64,000 bases of DNA from an uncultured delta proteobacterium (GCA_963776345.1 CAVZMH010000016.1:672001-736000); one strand, 5' to 3'; counted from the stretch's first letter, positions 49,141 to 59,710 are shown. Notes: generated by a model from the sequence alone, not told the origin. A program made the numbers and translations.

Positions 49141-50356
49141 GCCGGGGACCGGGCCCCGGGTGCACCAGGCCCACGCCCCAGACGAGCGCGAAGCCGAGGG
49201 CCACGCTGGGGTGGAACGGCAGGTGATGGGCGACGCCCAGCGTGTGGTACCCGAGCCAGGACAGCGCCGCCCCGAGCGCCACCGCGTTCCCGCCGCGCGC
49301 ACGCCGGAGCAGCGCCAGCGCCAGCGTGCCGTGCAGCACCACCCAGAGCACGAGCCCGGGGAGGCCCGTCTCGGCCCAGACGGTGAGGGCGATGGAGTGC
49401 GCGTCGCGCGAGAGCATGTCGGTGATTCCGGTGACGCCCTGCCGCGCCAGCGCCGCCTGGCGGTAGTTGCCGAAGCCGACGCCGAGCCACGGGTGCCGGC
49501 GCACCAGGTCCCATCCCGCGGCCCGCGCCAGCGCGCGCTCGCCGCCGACGAAGTTCTCGGTCGCCGCGGCGAGGCGGACGTGCCACCCCGGGCTCACCAC
49601 CGCAGCGGCGGCCACGGCCAGGAGCACCGCCAGGACCAGGCCCCGGACCCGGACGCTCCGGGCCACGGCGACGCCGGCGACGAGCGCCAGGAGGAGCGCG
49701 GTGAGGAGCGCGGCCCGGGCATAGGCCAGGACGGTGCAGCAGATGCAGGCCACCGCCAGCGCCGCCGCGAGCACCCGCCTCCGGCCCGCGGCGGGACGGA
49801 GCGCGGTGGCGAGCGCCGGTCCGAGCGCGGCGACGGCGGCGTGCGCGAGCCGGAGCCGATGGAAGAAGAAGCCCCCGGCGGCATAGCGGTCCTCGCCGCC
49901 GAACGTCTCGTGCACCCGGTCCACCGGGACGCGAAGGAAGGCGGGAATGGGAATCGACCAGCGCACCAGGTGCTGCACCGAGGAGAACCCGAGCGAGAGC
50001 AGCCCGCCGGCCACGAAGAGCGCCTCCGGCCAGGCCCAGCGGACGACCTGGGCGCCGAGCAACGCGGCGGCGGCCAGGGCCGCGGTGTCCAGGCAGTGGA
50101 GCCACAGGGCGGCCGGGGGAAGGCCCGGAGCGCCCAGCGCACGCGCCACCAGCGGCGAGATCGCCTGCCACCCGGCGAGCCCCAGCGCCGCGCGCACCGG
50201 GACCCGGGCCTCCCGGGGCAGCGACGCGCCCCGCATCACCAGCGCCGCCGAGGCGACGAGCGCCGCGTCCGCCACCGCCTGGAGCAGCCCCTCGGACAGC
50301 CAGAAGGCGGCGGACCACGCCGCGACCAGCGCCGTCGCCAGACGCGCCGGGCTCAC
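49082..50356 (-). CDS. waaL: O-antigen ligase family protein
   Basis: Multi-TM; HPWLGVGFGNY, DAHS..L..WAETGLPG; located among LPS genes. Confidence 0.82.
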   Translation of the reverse strand: MSPARLATALVAAWSAAFWLSEGLLQAVADAALVASAALVMRGASLPREARVPVRAALGLAGWQAISPLVARALGAPGLPPAALWLHCLDTAALAAAALLGAQVVRWAWPEALFVAGGLLSLGFSSVQHLVRWSIPIPAFLRVPVDRVHETFGGEDRYAAGGFFFHRLRLAHAAVAALGPALATALRPAAGRRRVLAAALAVACICCTVLAYARAALLTALLLALVAGVAVARSVRVRGLVLAVLLAVAAAAVVSPGWHVRLAAATENFVGGERALARAAGWDLVRRHPWLGVGFGNYRQAALARQGVTGITDMLSRDAHSIALTVWAETGLPGLVLWVVLHGTLALALLRRARGGNAVALGAALSWLGYHTLGVAHHLPFHPSVALGFALVWGVGLVHPGPGPRLSPAPSDTPRGSGGRSAPR

Positions 50357-51480
50357 GCCCCCGCTCCGGACCACCCTCCCCACCGGAGCACGCGGCGGCC
50401 CGTCCCCGGCGGCACCCAGAGGAGCACCCCCAGCGCCAGGGTGAGGACCAGGAGCGGGAGCGCCGCGGCCAGGAGCGGCGCCATCCGGCCGGCGTTCACC
50501 AGGGCGCGGGCGATGACCGTCAGCCCCCACAGCCCCATGGTCACCGCCAGGCCCTCCACCAGCGCCCCGGTGAGCGAGGCGCCCCGGCCCGGCCGCAGCG
50601 CGAGCACCACCGCCAGGAGCGCGGCGGGGACGCCCGCCAGGGGGTAGGTGAAGCGATTGCCGAGCGCGAGCACGAACAGGCGGTCGGACAGGCCCACCTC
50701 CCGGCGGGCGCGGATCTGCTGCCGGAGCACCGGGACCCGCATCTGCTCCGGCCGCCCCGGCCGGATGCCGAGCAACACCCGGGTGATGCCCAGGTCCACC
50801 GTCTCCTCGGGCAGCTCGGTGAGCCGCAGCGCTCCTCGCCGGTCGAACACCCGCCGCGTCACGCCCACCAGCCGCCACCGGGTGCCGCCGGCGTGCTCCA
50901 TCGCCTGCGCATCGACCCGCTCGGCGAGGTCGAAGTCCGGCGTCAGGCGCAGCACGGTGACGCCGCGGAAGCCCGACTCCACGTCCCCGGACTCGAGATG
51001 CAGGATGCGGTCCTCGTGACGGAACCACTGCTTCCGCTCGTAGAAGGACCGCCAGTCGCCCCAGCGGTGGAAGCGGAGCGCGGTGATCTCGTCCACCCGG
51101 CGGCTGGCGTGACCCACCGCGAACTCGTCGAGCAGGCCGAGCGCGACCGCCGCCACCAGCGCCACCCCGACCACCGGGAGGAACAGGACCCGGCGGCCGA
51201 AGCCGAGCGCGAGGATGGCGGTCAGCTCGCCGCGGCGGCGGAGGAGCGAGACCAGCGTGGCGCTGGCGAGGAGCAGCGCCGCGGGCGCGAGCTGGTGCGC
51301 GGCCACCAGCGCCTTCCAGCCGTACAGCTCGGCCACGTCGCGCACCCAGTTGGGCCCGGTGTAGGCGCGGGCCCGGTCCACGAAGTCGGCCACCAGGAAG
51401 ACCACCAGCAGCCCGGCCAGCACCGCGCTCACCAGGACCAGGTAGCGGCGGAGCACGTGGCGCAGGAGGAGCCCCCGCAT
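50353..51480 (-). CDS. lptG: LPS export permease LptG (LptF/LptG family)
   Basis: 3 TM, RRGELTAI.ALG, periplasmic domain, 3 TM; directly after lptF. Confidence 0.82.
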   Translation of the reverse strand: MRGLLLRHVLRRYLVLVSAVLAGLLVVFLVADFVDRARAYTGPNWVRDVAELYGWKALVAAHQLAPAALLLASATLVSLLRRRGELTAILALGFGRRVLFLPVVGVALVAAVALGLLDEFAVGHASRRVDEITALRFHRWGDWRSFYERKQWFRHEDRILHLESGDVESGFRGVTVLRLTPDFDLAERVDAQAMEHAGGTRWRLVGVTRRVFDRRGALRLTELPEETVDLGITRVLLGIRPGRPEQMRVPVLRQQIRARREVGLSDRLFVLALGNRFTYPLAGVPAALLAVVLALRPGRGASLTGALVEGLAVTMGLWGLTVIARALVNAGRMAPLLAAALPLLVLTLALGVLLWVPPGTGRRVLRWGGWSGAGA

Positions 51481-52604
51481 CAGGCCACCAGCCCCCGCCG
51501 GGTCAGGCGGACGAAGAGCCAGGTCCCGAACGCGCCGAACAGGAGGTTCGGCGCCATGCCCGCGAGCCAGGGCGCGAGCCGCCCGGCGGTGCCGAGGTTC
51601 TCGAAGCTTCGCTCCACGAGGTAGTAGGCGACGTAGACGCCGAGCGCGAGCAGGTACCCCCGGGTGCGCGCGGCGCGCGAGGACATGGCCAGCGGCACCC
51701 CGAAGAGCGCGAAGGCCAGCGGCGTCAGCCCCTCGGCCAGCCGGACGTGGAACGCGGTGAGGAAGGGAGCGGGGCTCCTCCCCCCGCCGCGCGCCTCGCC
51801 CGCCGCGGCCAGCAGCTCACCGGGCGTGAGCTCCTCCTTCGGCGAGCGGAAGTGGTTCCTCCGGAGGATGGAGTCCTCGACCCCGATGGAGAGGTTGCCC
51901 TCGCGGAAGCTGAGGATGGCGTAGTCGGTCCCGGTGTGCTCGGCGCGGTGGACCTCCCCGGCCCGGAGGCCCACCAGGAGCGAGGCGCCGCGGCCGGAGG
52001 GGTTCACCGTCCCCTCGTGCGCCAGGACCAGCAGCGGCGCGCGCGGGTCCCGGTCGTCGTGGACCAGGACGTGGGTCCACACGCCGCGCTCCTTGTCCAC
52101 CCCCTGGGCATAGAGCGTCAGGTCGGTCAGGTCCTCGTAGAAGACGCCCGGCCGCACGTCGCCGAGCACGTTCCTCTTGATGACCTCGCTCACCTGCACC
52201 TTGACCTGCTTCAGCCCCCACGGCTCCGCCGTCGAGGCGAGCAGCAGCACCAGCACCCCCAGGCCGCCGCCCACCGCCAGCGGCACCCGCGCCAGCTGCC
52301 ATGGCGTCGCCCCGAGCGAGAGCAGCGCCAGCAGCTCGCGGTCCTCTCCCAGCCGGCCCAGCCCGAGCAGGATGGCGAGCAGGAAGCCCACCGGGAGCGA
52401 CATGACCAGGAGATGCGGGCTCAGGTGGAGCACGAGCCGGAGGAAGTCCGATGGCGTCACCGCCGAACCGAGCAGCACGTCGGTCCCGCGGAGGAACTGC
52501 ATCACGAAGAGAAGCAGGAAGAGGAACACCACCCAGAGCAGGAGCGGCACCAGCAGCTCGCGGAGCAGGTAACGGACGAGCAGCGGAAGCTCGGGCCACC
52601 TCAC
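51480..52604 (-). CDS. lptF: LPS export permease LptF (LptF/LptG family)
   Basis: RYLLREL, GRLGEDRELLAL.S.G, PGVFY, PWLA...PNLLF; GTG start overlapping purD stop. Confidence 0.85.
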   Translation of the reverse strand: MRWPELPLLVRYLLRELLVPLLLWVVFLFLLLFVMQFLRGTDVLLGSAVTPSDFLRLVLHLSPHLLVMSLPVGFLLAILLGLGRLGEDRELLALLSLGATPWQLARVPLAVGGGLGVLVLLLASTAEPWGLKQVKVQVSEVIKRNVLGDVRPGVFYEDLTDLTLYAQGVDKERGVWTHVLVHDDRDPRAPLLVLAHEGTVNPSGRGASLLVGLRAGEVHRAEHTGTDYAILSFREGNLSIGVEDSILRRNHFRSPKEELTPGELLAAAGEARGGGRSPAPFLTAFHVRLAEGLTPLAFALFGVPLAMSSRAARTRGYLLALGVYVAYYLVERSFENLGTAGRLAPWLAGMAPNLLFGAFGTWLFVRLTRRGLVA

Positions 52605-53860
52605 GCGCGCGGCCCGAGCCCCCGGGCGCCGATGTCCCGCCGGTACTGCATCCCCTCGAAGGAGATGCGGCTCACCGCGCCGTAGGCGTTGGCGCGCGCC
52701 TCGGCCAGCGTCGGCCCGCGGGCGCAGACGGTGAGCACCCGGCCTCCGGCCGTCACCAGCGCCCCGTCGCGCACCGCCGTGCCGGCGTGGAACACCTGGC
52801 AGCTGCCGCCGATGCGCTCCACGCCCGAGATGCGGGCGCCGGTCACCGGCGCGGCCGGGTACCCCGGGCTCGCCAGCACCACGCCCACCGACGCTCCCGG
52901 CAGGAGGGTGAGCGGGCGCGGGGCGAGCGTGCCGCGGGCGCAGGCGTCGAGCCAGGGCAGGAGGTCCTCCCCGAGCGACATCGCCAGCACCTGCGCCTCC
53001 GGGTCCCCGAAGCGGGCGTTGAACTCCAGCACCGCCGGGCCCTGCCGGCCGACCATCAGGCCAGCGTAGAGCGCGCCCCGGAACGGCGTCCCCCGCGCGG
53101 CCATCGTCCGGAGCACCGGAGCGATGACCTCCTCGCCCACCCGGCCGAGCGCGGCGGCGTCGAGCACCGGCGCCGGGCAGTACGCGCCCATGCCTCCGGT
53201 GTTGGGACCCTCGTCCCCGTCGAGGAGGCGCTTGTGGTCCTGCGCCGGCGGGAGCAGCACGTACCGGGCGCCGTCGCACAGGGCGATGACGCTCACCTCC
53301 TCGCCGTCCAGCACCTCCTCCAGCACCAGCGTCCGTCCGGCCTCGCCCAGCGCGGCCAGCGTGCGCACCGCCGCCACCGCCTCGTCCACGCCGTGCGCGA
53401 CGATGACGCCCTTGCCCGCCGCGAGCCCGTCCGCCTTCACCACCACGGAACCGCGGGCCCGCGCCCAGGCTTCCGCCTCCGGCACCGAGGTGAACGCTCG
53501 CCCGGCGGCCGTGCGGACCCCGGAGGCGAGCATCACCTCCTTGGCGAAGGCCTTGCTGCCCTCGAGCCGCGCCGCCGCCGCGTCCGGACCGAAGACAGCG
53601 ATGCCCGCGGCCCGGAGGGCGTCGGCCACCCCCGCCACCAGCGGCGCCTCAGGCCCGACCACCACCAGGTCGACCCGGGCGTCGCGGGCGACCGCCACCA
53701 CCGCCTCGGGACGCTCCGCGACAACGGCACGGCTCTCCGCGAACGACGCCGTGCCCGGGTTGCCCGGAGCGCAGATCAGCGCCGAGAGCCGCGGGCTCTG
53801 CGCCAGCTTCCAGGCGAGCGCATGCTCCCGCCCACCGCCTCCCAGGACCAGCACCCGCAT
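52601..53860 (-). CDS. purD: Phosphoribosylamine-glycine ligase
   Basis: GGGGREHAL, KADGLAAGKGV, QDHKR..DGD.GPNTGGMG, EFNARFGDPE, GGRVL. Confidence 0.98.
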   Translation of the reverse strand: MRVLVLGGGGREHALAWKLAQSPRLSALICAPGNPGTASFAESRAVVAERPEAVVAVARDARVDLVVVGPEAPLVAGVADALRAAGIAVFGPDAAAARLEGSKAFAKEVMLASGVRTAAGRAFTSVPEAEAWARARGSVVVKADGLAAGKGVIVAHGVDEAVAAVRTLAALGEAGRTLVLEEVLDGEEVSVIALCDGARYVLLPPAQDHKRLLDGDEGPNTGGMGAYCPAPVLDAAALGRVGEEVIAPVLRTMAARGTPFRGALYAGLMVGRQGPAVLEFNARFGDPEAQVLAMSLGEDLLPWLDACARGTLAPRPLTLLPGASVGVVLASPGYPAAPVTGARISGVERIGGSCQVFHAGTAVRDGALVTAGGRVLTVCARGPTLAEARANAYGAVSRISFEGMQYRRDIGARGLGPRA

Positions 53861-53869
53861 CGTGTCCGA

Positions 53870-56861
53870 TCAACCCTCCGGCGGCAGAAGGTACAAGGCC
53901 CGCCGGGCCGAGGCGTACTCCGGATCGAGCACGATGACACGCTGCAGTCGTTCCCGGGCGGAGACGATGGCCCCGGCCCGGGCCTCCGCCTCGGCCAGCC
54001 GCACCTGGGCGGCGAGCAGCCCCGGGCTCAGGGTCTGGGCCGCGTGGAGCGCGCGCTGGGCGCCCTCGACGTCGCCGGTGGCCAGCAGCGCCGAGCCGAG
54101 CGCGTACTGGGCAAATCCACTGGTCCGGCCTCCCGCGGCGGACGCAGCCTGCGCACGGTCGAGGGCTCCGGCGGTGTCGCCGCGGGCCCCGAGCAGGATG
54201 GACTTCCAGCCGAGCACCACCGCCTGGCTTCCGCCGGCCTTGAGGATCCGGTCGATGAGCGCCTCGGCCGCGGCGGTGTCGCCTTGGTGCACCCGGAGCA
54301 CCGCCTCGGCGAGCAGGGGCTGCGCGTCGCGGTCGTCCTTGCTGAGGAGGACCAGCCGATCCGCGGCGCCCTTCAGGCCGTCGCCCGGCCAGAGCGGCGG
54401 GACGCCCGGGCTGTCGCGAAACGGATCTGCCTGGAGCGCCGGGGCCACGCTCTGGAGCGCCCGGTCACGCGCTCCGGTCATGGCCCAGGCCGCTCCGGCC
54501 CAGAGCTGGGCGTCGATCCGCCGGCCGTCCACGGCGGCTGCGCGGTCGAATGCCTCGGCGGCGGGCTGCCAGCGCTGCTGCGCCGCCCGCACCCTGCCTT
54601 CGAGCAGCGCCGCCACTCCCGCGTCCCCGAGCCGGTCGAGGACCAGGGGGAGGTGCGCGGCCGCCTGCTCCGGCGCCCCGCTGTCGAGGTCGACCAGCAG
54701 CGCCTGGAGATTCGCCTGGACGTCGTCCGGGGCGAGCGAGAGCGCCGCCGTCGCGGCCTGGGAGGCCGCCTGGAGGTCGCCCGCGGCGCGGGCCACCCGG
54801 GCCAGGGAAATCTGCGCGCGCAGGAGCTCGGCGCCCGACAGGTGCCCGTGCTGCACCGCGCGCGAGAGGAGCTTCACCGCCTCCGCGGGCGCGCGCTCGG
54901 CGCCGGCCCGGAGCATGGCCATCTCCACCAGCGCGGGCCCGTCCTGCGTGGCGGGGGTGGACTGGAGCCGCTCGTAGATGCGCCGGGCGTGCGCCGTCTC
55001 GCCCACCTGGCCCCAGAGTCGGGCGAGCGCGCGGGCCGTCCGTGGCTCGTCGGGATCCACGGCGAGCCGCGCCTGGAGGTCCGCCACTGCCGCCCGGGGG
55101 GAGCCCGCGGCATCGTGCGCGGTCGCCCGGATGTTGAAGACGCGCCGCTGCGCCGGATCGCGCTGCTCGACCTCTTGCAGCAGCGACAGCGCGAGCCCGG
55201 CCGAGGAGGTGGCGTAGGCCTCGGCGAGCACCAGCCGCGCGCGGGTGGCCCAGGTCGGTGACGCCGCGGGGGCCGCTGGCGTCGTCGGCGGGGGCGCGCC
55301 GGGCGCCGGGGGAGGCCGGCGCGCGGGTGGCGTCCACCGCGCTCTGCCCCAGGCTCCGTGCCCGCTCGACGTTGGTCACGCCGCCGCGCACCAGCAGGAG
55401 GATCGCCAGCCCGACCTGGAGCGGGGGCTTCTGCCCCAGACGCTCCAGCGCGCTCTCGCCGAGCCGCACCAGCGACTCGAGCTCGCTGGCCGGCAGCTGG
55501 CTTCCCCGCCCGCGGGCGATGGTCTCCATCCACATCCCGAGCGCCTCGGCGTTTCGCGGCTCCTGGACCAGGACGGTCTCCAGGGTACGCTCCGCCGCGA
55601 GCTCCGAGGCCTCGGTGTCCCTGGCGAGGTTGGCCTCGGCGGAGGAGAGGAGGTCGGCCACCGGGTGAGGCTCGGCGGGGGCCTTCCAGGATGCGAGCCG
55701 CGTCTCCAGCCCCTCGGGGAGCTTCGCCTCGACGGGCTTCTTCTTCTTCCCCGGGCGGGGGATGACGTCGGCGACGCGCTGGAGGTCCGCTGGATCCGGC
55801 CGCACCCTCAGGTACCAGAGGGCACCGGAGACGGCGATGGCGATGCCGAGCATCCCGAGCAGGACCCAGACGCGACCGCGGCGCTCCGGCTCCGGCATCG
55901 CCCGAAAGGCACGCCGTGGCCGTGCCGGCGGGGTGGGAGTCCGGGGGGCGAGCTCGAGGGTCTCGGGCCCGGAGCTTCCGGGCGTCCCCGGCCCGGAGGT
56001 GGCCGCGGAGCCGGGGGAAGGCACGGCCCGGCCGAGCGCGGCGGCGGTGCGGGCACGGCAGGCCCCGCAGACGCCGCTGGCGAGATCGTCCGCATCGACC
56101 AGCCGGCCGCCACACGCGGCGCACGGGTCGGGCCGGGGTGCCGCGGCCGGAGCGCTGGCCACGGTGACCGTGGATCCGGTCGATCGCGGCGTCGCTCCGT
56201 CCGGGCCAGGCCGGGGCGTGGTCGGTGGAATGGCAGGCGCTCCGGGCGAGCCCCGCGCCGGGGTGAGTGGCGGGTCGGCGGCGGCCTGGCGCCGGGGGTT
56301 TCCGGTGGTGACGGGCGCCACCGGCGAGGGCGGCTGCTGCGGCGCAGGGAGCGGCGTGCGCTTCCACGGGTCCGAACGCTCGGTCTCGGGCCACTCGTCC
56401 GCCTGGGTGGCGCTCCGCGACGTGGATTGCGTCGCCACCGCCGCCTCGTACTCGGCGCGGACCTCGCTCCAGTCGACGGGCGCCGAGGTGGAGCCCTGGA
56501 GCGGACCGGGGTCCGCGGCGCCCGGCTGGCTCACCGGAGGGGCGTTCGCCGGTGGCGGCGGGACGTCGTCGAACGGGACGTGGCTCCGGCCCACCACGAA
56601 CTCGAGCTGACTGTCCGCCTCCCACTCCAGCTCGCCGAAGAGCTCCTCCTCCTCGGGCTCGGGCGTCTGCTGGATGGTGCGGGTGGTCAGCGCCACCCGG
56701 CCGATCTGGCTCTTGCCGCCGGACGGGGTGGTCAGCGGCACGCCTCCGGGGCGGAGCGCCTGCGAGTGCTTGCACCGGGGGCAGCGCCCCCGCGTCGCCC
56801 GCGCCACTGCCTCGTCCGGAAGCGAGTAGTCGGTGCCACACTGTTCGCAGCGGAAACGCAT
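53870..56861 (-). CDS. Zinc-ribbon (MJ0042-finger-like)/TM/TPR protein, frameshifted around 55260-55320
   Basis: MRFRCEQC..RCPRC, Pro-rich linker, second CAAC..CGAC, TM helix, TPR-like helices continuing into ORF 53870..55231. Confidence 0.72.
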
Positions 56862-56874
56862 CGCCTCGCCGGGG

Positions 56875-58416
56875 TCAGTGCCGGAAGTGCCGGACCCCGG
56901 TGAAGACCATCGCCACGTCGTGCGCGTCGGCGGCGGCGATGATCTCGGCGTCTCGCACGCTGCCGCCGGGCTGCGCCACCGCCCTGGCACCAGCCTGGAC
57001 GAGCGCCTCCATCCCGTCCCGGAAGGGGAAGAAGGCATCGGAGGCCACCGCGCTTCCCCGGAGCGATTCGCCTCCGCGTCCGGCGGCGATCTTCACCGAC
57101 TCGACGCGGCTGGTCTGCCCACCGCCGACCGCGAGCAGCCGGTCGGCGCTGGAGAAGACGATGGCGTTGCTCTTCACGTGCTTGCAGACGCGCCACCCGA
57201 AGCGCAGCGCTGACAGCTCGGCCTCGGTCGGGGCCCGCCGGGTCACCACCTTCCACTCGGTGGAGGGCTCCACCGCATCCCTGTCCTGCACCAGGAGCCC
57301 GCCGGAGATGCTCCGCAGCTCGAAGGAGGCGACGGCGCGCGCTCCCCTGGGCCAGCTCTTCCGGGCATCGAGGAGCCGGAGGTTCTTCTTCGCCCCGAGC
57401 GCCGCGCGCGCCGCCTCCGAGTAGCCGGGCGCGATGACCGCCTCGAGGAAGGTCTCGGCCATGGCCCGGGCGGTCGGCTCGTCCACCTCGCGGTTGAAAG
57501 CCACGATGCCGCCGAAGGCCGACACCTCGTCCACCGCCCGCGCGATCCGGTAGGCCTTCTCCAGCACCTCGTCCTGGGCCACGCCGCACGGGGTGTTGTG
57601 CTTGATGATGACCGCCGCCGGCCGATCGGGGAACTCGAGCGCCAGGGCGAGGGCCGCGTCGAGGTCCAGGAGGTTGTTGTACGAGAGCTCCTTGCCCTGC
57701 AGCACCTCGGCGAAGGAGACGGACGGCCCGGCCGGCTCGCGGTATCCGCGGTACCAGGCCCCACGCTGGTGCGGGTTCTCCCCGTACCGGAGCTCCTGGA
57801 CCTTCCGGAAGCCGAGCGCCAGCTCGTCGGGAAAGGCGACGCCGTCGCGCGCGGCCATCCAGCCGGCGATGCTCGCGTCGTACGCCGCGGTGTGCGCGTA
57901 GGCCTTGCGCTGGAGCCGCTGCCGCGTCTCGAGCGAGGTGCCGCCGCCGCGCCGCAGCTCCTCCAGCACCGCCGGGTAGTCCTCGGGATCGACCAGCACC
58001 GTGACCGAGGCGGCGTTCTTGGCGCCGGCGCGGATCATCGCCGGCCCGCCGATGTCGATGTTCTCGAGGATCTCCTGCTCGCCGAGGCCCTTGGCGACCG
58101 TCTCGCGGAAGGGGTAGAGGTTCACCGCCAGCACCGAGATGGGCGCGATGCCGCCGGCCTCCATCTCGGCGCGGTCGGAGGGCAGCGCCGGGCGCCCGAG
58201 CAGCCCGCCATGGATGCGCGGGTGGAGGGTCTTGACCCGCCCTCCGAGGATCTCCGGGCTTCCGGTGTGCTCCGAGACCTTGCGCGCCGGGAGCCCGGCC
58301 TCGGTGAGGGCCTGGAGGGTTCCGCCGGTGCTGAGGAGCTGGAATCCGAGGTCGACGAGACCACGGGCGAAGGGAACGAGTCCCCGCTTGTCGGAGAGGC
58401 TGAGGAGGGCGATCAC
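56875..58416 (-). CDS. purH: Bifunctional AICAR transformylase/IMP cyclohydrolase
   Basis: LSTGGT, GRVKTLHP, IDIGGP, LRYGENPHQ, KHNTPCG, KSNAIV, SDAFFPF, RHFRH; GTG start. Confidence 0.98.
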   Translation of the reverse strand: MIALLSLSDKRGLVPFARGLVDLGFQLLSTGGTLQALTEAGLPARKVSEHTGSPEILGGRVKTLHPRIHGGLLGRPALPSDRAEMEAGGIAPISVLAVNLYPFRETVAKGLGEQEILENIDIGGPAMIRAGAKNAASVTVLVDPEDYPAVLEELRRGGGTSLETRQRLQRKAYAHTAAYDASIAGWMAARDGVAFPDELALGFRKVQELRYGENPHQRGAWYRGYREPAGPSVSFAEVLQGKELSYNNLLDLDAALALALEFPDRPAAVIIKHNTPCGVAQDEVLEKAYRIARAVDEVSAFGGIVAFNREVDEPTARAMAETFLEAVIAPGYSEAARAALGAKKNLRLLDARKSWPRGARAVASFELRSISGGLLVQDRDAVEPSTEWKVVTRRAPTEAELSALRFGWRVCKHVKSNAIVFSSADRLLAVGGGQTSRVESVKIAAGRGGESLRGSAVASDAFFPFRDGMEALVQAGARAVAQPGGSVRDAEIIAAADAHDVAMVFTGVRHFRH

Positions 58417-58490
58417 GGGTCCTGGGGGATGGACTGCGGAGCACCGGGACGAAACACCGCGCCCTGTCCGAGTGTCAACGAACGAGAGCG

Positions 58491-58508
58491 CCCCCCCGCT
58501 CGGGGGGG
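58491..58508 (-). terminator. GC hairpin, possible terminator after the asgB-like gene
   Basis: C7G-CT-CG7 inverted repeat; only a weak U-tract on the minus strand. Confidence 0.3.
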
Positions 58509-58603
58509 TCCGACCCGCCCCGGTGCCGGAGCGGCTGAGGCTTGACCCGGATCCGAGGGCGGCTCGAACAGCGGCACCGGAGCGCCGCTCCGACGCAGCT
58601 CGG

Positions 58604-59080
58604 TCAGTCCTCGGTGGCCTCGCGGAGCTTCGCCAGCCCACGGGTCTCGACCTGGCGGATGCGCTCCCGGGTGAGGTTCATGATCTCCCCCACCTCCTCG
58701 AGCGTGATGCCGCCCTTCTCGGCGACGTCGAGCGCGCAGGTGTGCTCGAGCTCCCAGATCTCCTTGTCGGGGAAATTCAGCTTGATCGACCCGGTCTCGG
58801 GGTTCACGTCCAGGTAGAGGTTGTGCTTGCAGGAGACGAAGAGGCACGGGCGGGGGCCGTTGATGCAGTCGGCCCGGGTGCGCGGCCGGTTGTCCTCCAC
58901 GCTCCGGAGCAGCTCCTGCTCCTCGGGATCCACCTCGCCCGCGAGGCGGCGGCGCCGCAGATCGCGGGCCATCTCCTTCCTGGACATGGTCTTCGACCGG
59001 CGGCGCTCCACCGGGGCCGGGAGCGCGCTCTCGGGCTCGCCCCCGGGTTCCGCCGTCGACTCGAGCTTCGCCTGACTCAT
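58604..59080 (-). CDS. asgB: Sigma-70 region-4 HTH DNA-binding protein, AsgB-like
   Basis: 158 aa; [20 protein letters not shown] region-4.2 motif without sigma region 2; size and position before purH match my recollection of M. xanthus asgB. Confidence 0.75.
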   Translation of the reverse strand: MSQAKLESTAEPGGEPESALPAPVERRRSKTMSRKEMARDLRRRRLAGEVDPEEQELLRSVEDNRPRTRADCINGPRPCLFVSCKHNLYLDVNPETGSIKLNFPDKEIWELEHTCALDVAEKGGITLEEVGEIMNLTRERIRQVETRGLAKLREATED

Positions 59081-59117
59081 CGCTTCCCTCCTCCGGACCG
59101 CTCGACCGCCGGTGGTT

Positions 59118-59645
59118 TCAAGACAGATCGCTCCGCTGCGTGGACCCCAGCGCCCGCTGGGCGGTGAGCGCGCTGCCCACCCGCGACAGGTCGCGAACCA
59201 GGTCCCCGGCACGCCGGCGCAGCCCGGTCAGCTCGCCCTGCAGGCTGCGCTTCTGCTCCGTGGCCAGCGCTCGCTCGCCGAGCTCCGACTCCAGCCCGCT
59301 GAGCGTCTCGTCCAGGCTGCGCTCCACCTGGTCGATGTGGTTCTTCACCCCGACGAAGGACCGACGGATCTCCTCGAGGGTGAGGCCGGCGGCCATCATC
59401 TTCTTGATCGCGTTGATCCGCCGGACGGACTCCACCGGGTAGAGCCCGTGGCTGCCGCGGTGCTTGCCCTTCCGCCCCACCCGGCGGCTCCGGGGCAGGA
59501 GCCCCGCCTGGACGTACTTGCGGAAGGTGGCCTCGGAGAGGCGCACGCCCTTGGGGCGGAAGATCTCGACGATCGCCCCGGCGGACAGGCCCCGGGCGAA
59601 CTCGCTCTCGATGCGCGCCAGCTCTCCCGGTTCGAGATAATCCAT
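59118..59645 (-). CDS. MerR-like HTH transcriptional regulator
   Basis: [18 protein letters not shown]....VRRI..IK.M...GLTLEEI, C-terminal coiled coil. Confidence 0.82.
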   Translation of the reverse strand: MDYLEPGELARIESEFARGLSAGAIVEIFRPKGVRLSEATFRKYVQAGLLPRSRRVGRKGKHRGSHGLYPVESVRRINAIKKMMAAGLTLEEIRRSFVGVKNHIDQVERSLDETLSGLESELGERALATEQKRSLQGELTGLRRRAGDLVRDLSRVGSALTAQRALGSTQRSDLS

Positions 59646-59680
59646 TGAGTGTTGGATTGAGAATATCCGCTACTGACAGG

Positions 59681-59710
59681 ATGCTATTGAGTGGTTTCCA
59701 CTCCCGTCAA
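59681..59710 (-). promoter_or_regulatory. Sigma-70-type promoter with palindrome in spacer
   Basis: TTGACG-18 nt-TAGCAT on minus strand; GAGTGG-TTT-CCACTC at 59689-59703. Confidence 0.6.

Noticed and set aside
58417..58603. ZTP (pfl) riboswitch upstream of purH
   Set aside because: Could not find the conserved GACTGGCG and CGCCTGGG elements
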